From IMG/VR virus record IMGVR_UViG_3300021400_000095: a stretch of DNA of 64,000 bases; one strand, written 5' to 3'. Positions 29,701 to 39,597 of this stretch are shown one piece after another. Position numbers and translations under genes: made by a program. Source of the stretch: a virus (Duplodnaviria > Caudoviricetes). A model generated the notes under the pieces. That model saw only the letters and a list, made by a program, of their open reading frames with translations, was not told where the DNA came from and made no database searches. Within the stretch, counting starts at the first letter, position 1. Every line of letters starts with the position of its first letter.

Positions 29701-32036
29701 CAATTTTCAGTATCACTAAACATTGGTACACCATCAATAATTGTCCATTGGCTTTGCTTAATACTCTTTGTTTTTGACTTTGCCTTTTCAACACCATTGT
29801 TTATTGATTGATTACTTTTAGTATTAATTGACAATTCATTTTTAGTGTCTCTTGCCAATTTTTCACCAAAAGCCTTTCTAACATTAAGTGCTTCAGCCCA
29901 TGCAACATACTTTTTAATATCATTAATTTCACTCCTTGAATTATTTCTGAAAGAATATATTGTATAGTAACATCTTATCATAAATGTTGCCATTATTAAA
30001 TTTGCTTTATCTATGTCACTATAACTACTTCTATTTGCAATAATTTCATATGGGTTTTTTTGTTTGAAAATAATATCATACAATGTTGCAGGAATAAACT
30101 TTTCAATAGGTTCTTCTTCATTCCTATTTTTTGTATTTCCCTCCAACTCTTTTATTTCTTCCAAAACTTTTTGTGCATTTTCAACATAACAATGTGCACC
30201 CTTAATCAAGGCTTTAGTGAACTTTGTTTCTTCAATTTGTGTACCAGTTACATCTTCAGGCCAAACAGCAACTTGTCTTGTTGAATCACCTTCTTGTATT
30301 GAAGAAATACAAAGTGGATATGGTGGTACATATTGATATGATTTTGGAATATCTGTCAAATCATATCCACCAAAATTAGAAATGCTTCTTATATTTTTAT
30401 TTCCATCAAGTTGTTTCTTAATCTGATTCAATGCTGTATAGTAATGATAAATAAAACATTCCAAATGAGCAAATATCATTTTGAAAACATTATAAATGCT
30501 GATTTTAAAACCAAGATTTGCTTCAATGGTTTCAACCATTACTTCATTTATTAAACTTTCTTGCTCATCCTTATTTTTTTCTAATGAATTTAAAATTTCA
30601 TCAATACTATAAAGTACTTCTGTACTTAAAACATGAATGTAAATTGGTTTTGTCTTATCACTAATTTTATCAATAGCATCTTTAAATCTTGGTGATAAAG
30701 TAATGCTTTCTGAATTATCTGCAAGAACATAATTCTTTTTTGATTGATAATTGGTAAAACTTTCTGCAATATTAATATTATTAAAATTAATGTTGTTATT
30801 AGTATATTTATATGCAACACCATTTCTAACAACATATTTACACAACATGTGTTTTGTGCTATTGCTATTTAATTCATTTTCATTAATTTTAATATCACTT
30901 ATCATGTCAATCAATGTTTCATATTGACTGTATCTTTCTGAAAATGCTTCTAAACTATGATAATATTTATATAATGTTTTAACATCATCAGTTGTTAAAC
31001 TATCTGAATATGAAATAAAAGCAATTTCTTTATTAAATCTATCTTCATCTAATACAATACTATTATTTATATCCAAACTTCTTGGAAAAGTGTTTTTTAA
31101 TTCTTGTAGTTCTCCCTTACATTTTTCAATATATATGTAATTGTTTTTCTTTGCAATGTCTAATTTATATTGTTCAAAATTAGTTATTGATGTTTTTATT
31201 CTTTTTGTGAATTCTGAAAGTGTTATCATTTCAGCACCATTATCAAAAACAAAATCACCACTTGCAACTCTTGAATTCCAATATGCCATATCATCAATAT
31301 ATGGAGCAACTGCTGTATATATAAATGGTATTTCAGTATATATACCATACATGTTACCAATAAACTCCATATCAACAACAGAATTACCTGTTGTAGCATC
31401 AAAATTTGAATTAAATTTTGACATCTTCAAATTATATGTTATTGGCTTGCCATAAAAACCCTTTACTGTTAACTTAAATACTGGACATGGACATGAAAAC
31501 ACTGCTTTAAAAAAAGAACCACTATCAATTTGTGTAATCTTACTATTATTAACAGCACCTTGTTCCCTTTCCATCTTCTCTCTTTCAAGTGTTTGTTGTA
31601 ACCCCTTTTCTTGTGGCATGAACAATGAAGCACCTCTAACATCAACAAATTTAATATTAACAATTGGATAAAACCATTGCTGATAAGAAACATTTATTGA
31701 TTCAATACCAAGACATTCTTTATTTCCCCTACCAACATTTGTTGATGAAATGTCTGTAAAACTTGTTGTTAAATATCCATTCTTGTCTGTTTCACCACCA
31801 CTACCACCAAAAAAATTAATAGTACCATTACTTGATGAATATGTTAATACATGCCCTGTTTTATCAGCACATGAATATCTATCTGGTATGGTCACTGTTA
31901 AATCAACAGCCATACAGTAATTTTCATAAGAGTGTAAAATGGCATTATCAGGTAATGTCAAATATGGATTATTTGGCTCAATATAAGCAAATCTGCCAAT
32001 ATTTTGTAATGTTGGTTTACTTCTAACTTCTTCCAT
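26766..32036 (-). CDS. Large baseplate hub/tail protein with C-terminal Cys-His amidase (CHAP/NlpC-like) domain
   Basis: 1756 aa in tail operon; VEMLGN..MPLMYFQL..IPM..GAY hub-like segment; C-terminal CARWT...GDVVLY...HAQFYTG. Confidence 0.65.
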   Translation of the reverse strand: MEEVRSKPTLQNIGRFAYIEPNNPYLTLPDNAILHSYENYCMAVDLTVTIPDRYSCADKTGHVLTYSSSNGTINFFGGSGGETDKNGYLTTSFTDISSTNVGRGNKECLGIESINVSYQQWFYPIVNIKFVDVRGASLFMPQEKGLQQTLEREKMEREQGAVNNSKITQIDSGSFFKAVFSCPCPVFKLTVKGFYGKPITYNLKMSKFNSNFDATTGNSVVDMEFIGNMYGIYTEIPFIYTAVAPYIDDMAYWNSRVASGDFVFDNGAEMITLSEFTKRIKTSITNFEQYKLDIAKKNNYIYIEKCKGELQELKNTFPRSLDINNSIVLDEDRFNKEIAFISYSDSLTTDDVKTLYKYYHSLEAFSERYSQYETLIDMISDIKINENELNSNSTKHMLCKYVVRNGVAYKYTNNNINFNNINIAESFTNYQSKKNYVLADNSESITLSPRFKDAIDKISDKTKPIYIHVLSTEVLYSIDEILNSLEKNKDEQESLINEVMVETIEANLGFKISIYNVFKMIFAHLECFIYHYYTALNQIKKQLDGNKNIRSISNFGGYDLTDIPKSYQYVPPYPLCISSIQEGDSTRQVAVWPEDVTGTQIEETKFTKALIKGAHCYVENAQKVLEEIKELEGNTKNRNEEEPIEKFIPATLYDIIFKQKNPYEIIANRSSYSDIDKANLIMATFMIRCYYTIYSFRNNSRSEINDIKKYVAWAEALNVRKAFGEKLARDTKNELSINTKSNQSINNGVEKAKSKTKSIKQSQWTIIDGVPMFSDTENWLYSLIKDGKNTYLPMNVEFRSNRNDVSMGKHIDSSKYICINDSQLNKDTFVSINNTDFLEKYRTEIGAAETYGLKEGKFDVYTKVFEKKYKHEDTISGVFGDNLSVKIIDVNEKKNKPKISTAKNFLELHNTNAYLYTSNNANNGNFYFGIVNGEYERFGVFKGNDVYNANKQKPLAKAYLFLFSLPINSSYAKACIETNYGNANKWLLLREGAHYWREDESGEPINLGEYGKGFNGEKSLVPILRRVGLFGKLNNTLYLDKVNHTKNDYITFNELNGLDKDFQVSEARRNYLKKLFVNFATISNIFKDFYLLESTQEDSDDYNKLQRNLLNLLSSEDIFIDYAQPIENGKDKKIKDNDVFDCYSSFLKNLATIYEEKNIEVTNDIDSEDIIVSTGLVNDKDIKLSTYLTLKDLYDKFFCNINSDIFVIGNENSEFKKFRFIDSFYNDISKKLIVNGNYLLDIFRDTVYQSEGAMNTPVKLNMKKSVYEVMADICEHNGLTFLALPQEFGLSGVDNIEKMFSPQSLQDVYTNRHANDGCYIGLYSYKPSERLDIEETEYGYKNDSFDITEGALPSALQTINGDDLIPAFAVTYAKQNQSFFSNISLSTASQQTTEHSITATMDIAGRGQTDGPRESTLYGQDLYRVYAGYSYQCSVEMLGNMQVMPLMYFQLNNIPMWHGAYMIISVEHNIVANNITTKFTGVRVNRNAMPFVNSDYIFANENGEMNYVNITTSDPKARLDELISQGFSQEQAIEIVNNNGVYGLGNIKAKPKMSPENLLTAKGRVTEAVKKVFSCGHAITSSGSYVHHCARWTFRLAQCFVQPDFDPTCEVSAGGNPNQIGLWNHLTKIGYKEETNVVLNKDEIKKYLANSNNFNYGDVVLYYNSTQAYGTAGAKMHAQFYTGDAYLSSVPGYSSNINVVNEKPEMEKQCKSGWSCDRLNNYGSTFVYGNDNKYPPTDPKYNSWVLKVFRAPELKA

Positions 32037-32042
32037 GTCTTA

Positions 32043-32354
32043 CTAATATAAATCATTATATCTGTTAATTCCTTGTTCATATGATGAAATTGCATCATCA
32101 AGTGGATATGGTATTCTTAGCATAACCCCATCAGGAATTTCAAATTCCATAGAACCATATTCTGGGTTTGCTTGCATAATTAACCAAGCATAATCACCAT
32201 TACCATAATAATCATATGATAATAAGTCAAGCCTTGTTTTACCTTTTTCATACTTTTCATAAAAATCAGTGTTTTTTTTAGGTATTTTACAAAAAGGTAC
32301 AATCTTTATCTCACCATCAATCCTAAACTTTCTATATCTATCATATGATGCCAT
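32043..32354 (-). CDS. Baseplate wedge LysM/gp53-like protein
   Basis: RLDLLSYDYYG...WLIMQANP...LRIP. Confidence 0.75.
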   Translation of the reverse strand: MASYDRYRKFRIDGEIKIVPFCKIPKKNTDFYEKYEKGKTRLDLLSYDYYGNGDYAWLIMQANPEYGSMEFEIPDGVMLRIPYPLDDAISSYEQGINRYNDLY

Positions 32355-32356
32355 AT

Positions 32357-35300
32357 TTACTTAATACTTTGTTCAATATTATTATCTGTTGTCTTTGGTG
32401 TCTTTGTTGTTGTAAATGCCCTGTGATTTGTTGAATTTGTATCCTTATTCACAAGCATTGCATCCCATGCCATTGATGTATCATCATCCTTACTAATATA
32501 TCCATTTCTATAATCACTGTGCCTATCATATGCACTTGTGTTAGCAAAGAAATTATATGAAACAGCATTTTGTAACCTTGCAATAGGGCCACTAAGGTCA
32601 CTTCCACCAATAAACTTAAATCCAAGTGTAACATTGGCTAACATTGGCTGTACACCTACACCCTCTGGATTTAAATCCCATTGAATTCCACCATTGCTAT
32701 CATAATCAATACTTAAACTATCAATAATAATCTTTGTATTATAAAAATCACCAATTCTTAAAACACAAACAGGTGGCCTTCCAAATGCTAAATTACCAGC
32801 TGCCATTGGTGTGTTTGAACTCATGTCAGATGCTGCTGTTGTTGGACCTTGCCTTGTACATTGATGTAAGAAAGTTAACCTTGCATTAAATCCTTCTGGT
32901 GTTATTGAATGGAATGCTGGGTTAAAATAATGTACCTTGTCAACAAGATTCTTTCTTACTATATCATTTTCATCATTAATCTTCTTAAAATAAAGATATT
33001 CATCATCATACCTTCCACCATCAACAACCTCAACAGTGTAACTCTCTTCCCTTTTCTCAGCAACAATTCTTGCTTCAGGTAATTCATGTACATTATCTAA
33101 ATATACTTCTTCAGCAATCTTATTATCTATTGAATTGAGATTTGGTTTATCTTTATTTACTTTTAATTTAAAGATAATCTCAGCACATCTACCAAGTTTT
33201 GCTTCCAATGAACTTACATCATCATTTCCAGCAGGTAATTGTATTTCACCATCATCAACAATATGAATGTCTTCAGGGTCCATTATGTTAAGTGATTTAA
33301 CATATTCCTTTAAAAATCTTGCCCTTCTCTTTGCAAGACCATCATCACCTGTGTTCTTATATATATAACCATGTGATGAAGCATACCCTTTTACATCTGC
33401 TGATATTTCAACACTACCATTATCCAAATCAACTGCCCCACTTACATCTGTGAAGAAACTACTTAAAACTGAAAAGTCTGTTTCCAATAATGTCTGATAT
33501 GAAAATACATTTTTAACATCTTCCTCAGTTAATTTCAACATCTTCATTATTGTCTCCCTCTTGTTAGAGGTATTACCTGAATTATGTAAAATTCTATCAA
33601 ATTCTACAGTATTTAATTGAAAACTCTTTCTGTCTTTATAATTCTTTGGTCTGAGAACTTCAAGTTTTTTATCATTATCAATTTCATATTCCCAATAGGC
33701 TTGTCCACCACCAACCATTGTTCCACCTTTTATTGATTTTGCTTTAACACAACCACTAATACCAAGATTTTCATTTGTGTTAACTTCATAACCTGTTCCA
33801 CCACTATATCTACCTTCCCATAAATACTTTACAGGTGTCATTATATCACCTTTTGAATAATAATCCTTTCCAGAAAAATTATTTGGGAAAAATACAAAGT
33901 ATCTTAAAACAACATCAGGATTATCTTTTTCAGGCTTTGGTTTTGGATTAACTGTTGGACCAACTTCAGGTGTAACATTTTTAGTTGTTATTTTTGTCCT
34001 TGTTTCTGTTGTTTTGGTAACTTGCTCAACAAATTCATTTGCAGGATTTTCACATCCAGCAAAAAATCTTAACAACTTCTGTTCATTCTCTTCTGTTAAC
34101 TCTTTTCCATAACTCCAACTATCTACAATAGATGGATGGTCAACCAAAATTGTAAAATTCAATGTACCTGTTCTTTCAGTGTTTGTATATGTATAAATTG
34201 GTTCACCCCTACCAATAAAATTATTCTGATTCCAAGAAACACCAACATTTTCTTGGAACTTTAAATTATATGGTGGAAACCACATAATCCTACCACCATT
34301 TGGACCTTGTTGCTCCTTTGATAAAATGTTTGCCCTTGTGTCATCAACAAATGCATCTTTATTAATGTCTTTCCAAGCAAGATTTTCAATTGAAAACATA
34401 CATTTCTTAATAAGTTCCTTTGGTACATCAGGCCCACTACTATGTGGTGCAATTAAAGGTAAACCATTATCTTGTAATACTGACATGTTACTTAATCTAT
34501 TTGATGCATGGTTTGGCCTAAGTAACTCATTATTCTCAGGAAACATATTGTTCTGTATTTCATAACCACTATGCCTGATAAGGTCTTTCATCTTTGAATA
34601 TTGATAGTGTGAAGTCCAAACCCTGCAATATGGATTTTCATAACCATCATGGTGTGTTACATTTAACTTTCTTAAGTTCCTACCTCTTGACAAATTATAT
34701 TGTAAATCAACTGAACTCTGTGTAATTCCAATGTCTTCTTTTCCTGTGTGGAACCTATTAATTAATGAACCAATCTTTCCTTGTTTAAATAATTCATTGG
34801 TTTTTCCTAAAATATCTCTACCTAAATTGTCAGCATTACTCTTTACACTGTCATCAAAATTAAACACTGTTGTATTAATCTCATGATTTTCATTATCACC
34901 TATTTTTAATACAACTTTTCCATTTTCTGCTTCATTATATAATGTATATGCCCTGCCATTACCAAGTTCTGAATAATCTGTTGACATTAAACTACCAAAC
35001 TCAGAACCATAACTTGGTCTATCTACTGAAATACCACCAGGATTAAGATTCTTTTTGTTTTTAACCTCTATCTCAGATGGTGTATGGTACATTTCTATTG
35101 GTTCATTTTCTCTACTTCCTGTAGGATATGATTCATCCTCTCTATTAATCTTACCAATAGTTCTGTTCCATAATTCATCCAAATCATTACTATCCCTTAT
35201 AACTCTTACAGGTGCTGCATCATGATTTACTTCCAAACCATATAAAGTAGATAGTCTATCCAATTTTGTGAAAATTCCATTGTTTGCAGCAAAACCTTGT

Positions 35301-36031
35301 TCTGTTACAATATCATCTGTAAAGAAAATTTCATTGTCTTTAAAATATTCATCATTTAATCCAAAATATATTGGGTCATATCCAAGTTTATTAATTGGAT
35401 TATATCTTCTAAAGTCTTCAGAACCAGCATTTACAGGATTTAATGGTAAAGCAGGATTATAAATAATTTTTTGATAATGCCTATTTACAGGATTTCCCTT
35501 GTAATCAACAATACCAAAAACATCTGCATATAATTGTGAAATCCTATTTGCTAAACCTCTTGTGTCAACACCACCAAATGAATGATTATTTCCTGGACTT
35601 GTATTATATTCATCATAAAACTTAACACCTGCACCATTAATGTAATATCTCTCTCTTACTGTTGTCAAATTTCTTTCAAAATTTGTTTGTCTTGCAAGAA
35701 AAAGTGCCCTATTAAGTCTATTTTTAATAAAATCATAATCTGAATTTGGTAACTGATTTTCAAATGTAAAACCTGATAACCCACCAATTTCATCAAGATA
35801 TTTTATGTTATCTCTCTTTGATGGCATTATATACTTTTGTCCAATATCATCACCAGATGATGAACTCTCTGCATTTTCATGCTCCTTATATCTCAAAGAA
35901 GTAGGATTGTTCAACAAACTTGCATTTCTAAACTCAGTACCAATGGCATATACCCCACCAATTCTTTTGTTGATGTGGCTTCTTACCTGTTCAGTATATG
36001 AACTATTTATTTCATTTGATGTGTTTGCCAT
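32357..36031 (-). CDS. Large baseplate/tube-initiator-like protein with internal OmpA-like domain
   Basis: WFPPYNL.F.E..W....FIGRGEP, PPVCVLRIGDF; internal KGYASS...LAKRRA. Confidence 0.6.
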   Translation of the reverse strand: MANTSNEINSSYTEQVRSHINKRIGGVYAIGTEFRNASLLNNPTSLRYKEHENAESSSSGDDIGQKYIMPSKRDNIKYLDEIGGLSGFTFENQLPNSDYDFIKNRLNRALFLARQTNFERNLTTVRERYYINGAGVKFYDEYNTSPGNNHSFGGVDTRGLANRISQLYADVFGIVDYKGNPVNRHYQKIIYNPALPLNPVNAGSEDFRRYNPINKLGYDPIYFGLNDEYFKDNEIFFTDDIVTEQGFAANNGIFTKLDRLSTLYGLEVNHDAAPVRVIRDSNDLDELWNRTIGKINREDESYPTGSRENEPIEMYHTPSEIEVKNKKNLNPGGISVDRPSYGSEFGSLMSTDYSELGNGRAYTLYNEAENGKVVLKIGDNENHEINTTVFNFDDSVKSNADNLGRDILGKTNELFKQGKIGSLINRFHTGKEDIGITQSSVDLQYNLSRGRNLRKLNVTHHDGYENPYCRVWTSHYQYSKMKDLIRHSGYEIQNNMFPENNELLRPNHASNRLSNMSVLQDNGLPLIAPHSSGPDVPKELIKKCMFSIENLAWKDINKDAFVDDTRANILSKEQQGPNGGRIMWFPPYNLKFQENVGVSWNQNNFIGRGEPIYTYTNTERTGTLNFTILVDHPSIVDSWSYGKELTEENEQKLLRFFAGCENPANEFVEQVTKTTETRTKITTKNVTPEVGPTVNPKPKPEKDNPDVVLRYFVFFPNNFSGKDYYSKGDIMTPVKYLWEGRYSGGTGYEVNTNENLGISGCVKAKSIKGGTMVGGGQAYWEYEIDNDKKLEVLRPKNYKDRKSFQLNTVEFDRILHNSGNTSNKRETIMKMLKLTEEDVKNVFSYQTLLETDFSVLSSFFTDVSGAVDLDNGSVEISADVKGYASSHGYIYKNTGDDGLAKRRARFLKEYVKSLNIMDPEDIHIVDDGEIQLPAGNDDVSSLEAKLGRCAEIIFKLKVNKDKPNLNSIDNKIAEEVYLDNVHELPEARIVAEKREESYTVEVVDGGRYDDEYLYFKKINDENDIVRKNLVDKVHYFNPAFHSITPEGFNARLTFLHQCTRQGPTTAASDMSSNTPMAAGNLAFGRPPVCVLRIGDFYNTKIIIDSLSIDYDSNGGIQWDLNPEGVGVQPMLANVTLGFKFIGGSDLSGPIARLQNAVSYNFFANTSAYDRHSDYRNGYISKDDDTSMAWDAMLVNKDTNSTNHRAFTTTKTPKTTDNNIEQSIK

Positions 36032-36070
36032 TATATTTTATAATAACTAAATTGTTTATTATTTTCAATA

Positions 36071-39000
36071 TTAATATAAACCTTTATTAACTACATTACC
36101 ACCCTTGTTATTGGTAATTATCTGTTTTTCAATTAATTTTGTAATTTGTCTAATAAATACAGGACTCTTTAACATTTCATCCATAATGTCTTTTGTAACA
36201 CCATTTCCTGCATCTAACTTAATAGTACCATTAATATTAATATCAATTGGTCCACTATTTATACCTTCACCATTTCCACCAACATTGGATGTGAAATTTC
36301 TGTTGTTAATTAATGAAGGTAAAACACTTAACATCTTCATTGGTAATGGTGTAATACTGGCAAAACCAGTGCTTATTATCTTAAATAAGTTACCTTGCTG
36401 TTTCCTATTTAAAATCATTTCACCACTATTTACTCTAATTAAATTCTTATCACCTTCTTCTGAATTTCCTTTTGCAATACCACCATGTGTAAATGATTCT
36501 GTTGAAATGTCCTGTATGTTGAATACACCTGTACTAACATTTGATGTCATTTCACCAACCTTCATCTGTTTGATTGATTCTATAAATTCACTATCCCCTT
36601 TCTTTCTAATTTCTCTCTCTAACCTATTACTTATGTTACCACTTGCAATTGCTTTTAATTCTTTAACAGAATAATCACCTTGTAATGAATCAAGACCAAA
36701 CTCAGCCTTTTTCTTTTCTCTTCTTTTTTGGTTACCAAATAAATTTTTACCAAGACTTTCACCACCAATTGCACCTGCAATACTACCAATCAAACCACCA
36801 ATAGCAGTACCAACAACAGGTAAAATAGCAGTACCAATTGCAGCACCTGCTGCACCACCACCCCAAGCACCTAATCCTGCACCACCTGCTGAACCAAGTG
36901 TTCTTCCAATTTTCTTTCCAGTTCCATAGTTTTTATTTCCTGCAAACTCATCAATACCTGTCAACAAACCTGAAACTAGTGCAGTTGTAACACCACCAGC
37001 CTTTGCTGCTTTAAAGGCTTTTGCATTTGCAAGATTCTTTAATTTTCCTGCACCACCACCAATACCTGTACCACTACCTAATATTGTTTTTACTCTTGAT
37101 GCATCACTGATGGTTTTAGCAATATTACCTGTGCCAGCAGCAGAACCTTTTGCAGCAGCAGCACCTTTACTTGCAGCCTTAACACCTTTCATTGCTTTAC
37201 CAGCATTTACAAGAGACCTTGCACCACTATATATATCTGCACCTGCACTGATAACACCAAAAGTTTTTATAGCAGCCAATATCAAACCAAGATTTTGATT
37301 TACAGTTGAAATACCTTTTGATACAACAGTATGAATAGGCTCAACAACTTTTGCTTCAATGGCTTCTCTTTTCTTTTCAACACCAATGATTTGTTCTCTC
37401 ATTTGTCTGGTATCAGATGCAATATTTCTAACATCATCAGATTCCTGAGAATTTTGTCTCATAATTTCAAAAAGTAAGCCATTTGACTTTGCCTGTGCAG
37501 CTGTCATTTCTTGCCTGTTACCATTTTTATCAACCAATGATAACATTACTTTTCCATTCTTAACATTAGCAGTGTTCTTGATAAATTCTTTTTCAGTATC
37601 ACTTAAACCTGATATGTTACCAATCTGTGATTCAATATAATTTCTTCTACCACTGGCCTGAACAGATTCCATTACCTGTCCATAATCCATGCCCATGGCT
37701 TGTGCTGCTGCCCTAATTCTTTGTTTGTTATATGCACCTACATCAACTTGTCCTGTTATGGTATTAAATCTTCCAAGGTTTCCAACTATTCTTTGGAACC
37801 TATCCATAAGTCCCTCCATATCAGTAAGACTTTCATTAAGCATTCCTAATGGGTCACTGAATTGTGCAAAAGGACCACCCAATACCTGTAATTGAGCACT
37901 TGTTTCAACAGCACCTTGCAAAGTACCAACTTTTTCAGCAAAACTTGCAATTTGTTGCATATCAAGTCTTATTGCTGTTGCTTTCTTTGCCATACTTTCA
38001 AGTCCTGCCAATCCATTCTTGAATGTATAATTTTGTGCTAATTTAATATTTTGTAAGAAATTTTGTGAGTATTTTTCAAAATTTAAACCATACTTGCTTG
38101 CATTTTTAAACATTTTTCCTGCAAGGTCAGCAGATGCAGAATATGAAAGACCAAAATTTTCAAGGCTTGATGCAAGTTGTGCACCATTTTCACCCATTAT
38201 TTTACTTAATGCAATAGATTTTTCAATGTCTTCATTACTCATACCAATCTGTCTTCCACTACCTTTTATGTAGTTTTCTTGAAGACTGATGATATCTTCC
38301 ATTCCAACACCATATAAATCAGACCAATTTGTTTTTGCAATTGTATTAATGGTATTGACTCTCAAAGCACTCATGGCCTTTCCTGACATACCAATGTTCC
38401 TGACCATGTTTGAGGTTGCTGTATCAACCTTCATCCATGAATCTAAAAACTCTTTACCTATACCAATAATTTTTCTACCACCAGCAGAAATATTACTAAA
38501 GCCACCTTTAACAGTTGACCAAATTTGGTCATATGCATTACTTTGTTTGTTAAGAACTTCAAGATGTTCTGATGCTTCTTTATGTGTTAATCTTTCTGTT
38601 TCTTTAACTTTCTCTGCACTATTATGAGCATTATCATATGCTTCAGAAAGTTTTCTTGCTTCTTCAACTGTTGAACCTACATTTTCAAAATCTTTATCAG
38701 TTAACTCAACTTCTTCTTCTGTTTCATTTTTAATTTCTTCTTTTAGTTTAAGAAGTTCTTTATATTTACTTATGATTTTATCAATTTGGTCACTGTTTTT
38801 TCCTGTACTTTCAACTGTTTCTTCCCAAACCTTTTGATTTTTTTCTGCTTCATTCTTAAACTCCTTTAGTTTTTTTTCTGCTTTTTCAAGAAGATTTGGT
38901 ATTTCAGAAGAACTTTCACCAATTGTATCAGCAAGTTGTTTTTTTGTTTCACTAAATTTTTTAGCAGATTTTTCCAAATCCATTCTTGTTGCTGCAAGAT

Positions 39001-39253
39001 TTCTTCTTTCATTTGCTAAATCAGAAGAAAATCTACCAAACAAAGTTTTGTTAGATTTTGCTATTTTATCAGCATAAGCAATCATTTCCTTTAGTTCAGC
39101 CAAACTTTTGGCATCACCAAAGTAATCACTATAACCCATTAAACCACTGCTATACCTACCCTTACTACTACCATCATTTCCCTGATTTGATACTAGTACT
39201 TTACCAAGATTATTAATAGCACTAACTATTTGTTTGGTATCAACATCTGCCAT
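36071..39253 (-). CDS. Tape measure protein
   Basis: 1060 aa, helical Ala/Gly-rich, GAAIGTAILPVVGTAIGG stretch; follows chaperone pair. Confidence 0.8.
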   Translation of the reverse strand: MADVDTKQIVSAINNLGKVLVSNQGNDGSSKGRYSSGLMGYSDYFGDAKSLAELKEMIAYADKIAKSNKTLFGRFSSDLANERRNLAATRMDLEKSAKKFSETKKQLADTIGESSSEIPNLLEKAEKKLKEFKNEAEKNQKVWEETVESTGKNSDQIDKIISKYKELLKLKEEIKNETEEEVELTDKDFENVGSTVEEARKLSEAYDNAHNSAEKVKETERLTHKEASEHLEVLNKQSNAYDQIWSTVKGGFSNISAGGRKIIGIGKEFLDSWMKVDTATSNMVRNIGMSGKAMSALRVNTINTIAKTNWSDLYGVGMEDIISLQENYIKGSGRQIGMSNEDIEKSIALSKIMGENGAQLASSLENFGLSYSASADLAGKMFKNASKYGLNFEKYSQNFLQNIKLAQNYTFKNGLAGLESMAKKATAIRLDMQQIASFAEKVGTLQGAVETSAQLQVLGGPFAQFSDPLGMLNESLTDMEGLMDRFQRIVGNLGRFNTITGQVDVGAYNKQRIRAAAQAMGMDYGQVMESVQASGRRNYIESQIGNISGLSDTEKEFIKNTANVKNGKVMLSLVDKNGNRQEMTAAQAKSNGLLFEIMRQNSQESDDVRNIASDTRQMREQIIGVEKKREAIEAKVVEPIHTVVSKGISTVNQNLGLILAAIKTFGVISAGADIYSGARSLVNAGKAMKGVKAASKGAAAAKGSAAGTGNIAKTISDASRVKTILGSGTGIGGGAGKLKNLANAKAFKAAKAGGVTTALVSGLLTGIDEFAGNKNYGTGKKIGRTLGSAGGAGLGAWGGGAAGAAIGTAILPVVGTAIGGLIGSIAGAIGGESLGKNLFGNQKRREKKKAEFGLDSLQGDYSVKELKAIASGNISNRLEREIRKKGDSEFIESIKQMKVGEMTSNVSTGVFNIQDISTESFTHGGIAKGNSEEGDKNLIRVNSGEMILNRKQQGNLFKIISTGFASITPLPMKMLSVLPSLINNRNFTSNVGGNGEGINSGPIDININGTIKLDAGNGVTKDIMDEMLKSPVFIRQITKLIEKQIITNNKGGNVVNKGLY

Positions 39254-39330
39254 ATAAATTACATATTTTTCTTATATATAAATATCTAATAAACATTTTT
39301 CTATAACAAAAAAAGAAGTGGATATTTCAA

Positions 39331-39597
39331 TTATCCACCTCTTCTGTTATTCATTTGTTCCAATTTAGCAAAACTATTTAAATTACCATTGTTTCTATAA
39401 CCTCCAGTACTTGCAGTCCTTGCTGCTTCTGCTTCTTTATTTAATTGTTCCTGTTCAGCATTATGCTTCATGATAAAATATCTTCTATCCTGAATTGGCA
39501 TATTGTAAATAGTTTCTATTGGTATTCCTATGTGTTTAAAACATCCATAAATTTCATCCTTAAGTTTTCTTTCATAATCATTGGGCAATATTGAGAA
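39331..39597 (-). CDS. Tail assembly chaperone C-terminal extension (GT-like), probably reached by frameshift
   Basis: DEIY...IYNMPIQDRRYFI; overlaps the upstream gene in the +1 frame; directly before tape measure. Confidence 0.6.
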   Translation of the reverse strand, partial: FSILPNDYERKLKDEIYGCFKHIGIPIETIYNMPIQDRRYFIMKHNAEQEQLNKEAEAARTASTGGYRNNGNLNSFAKLEQMNNRRGG

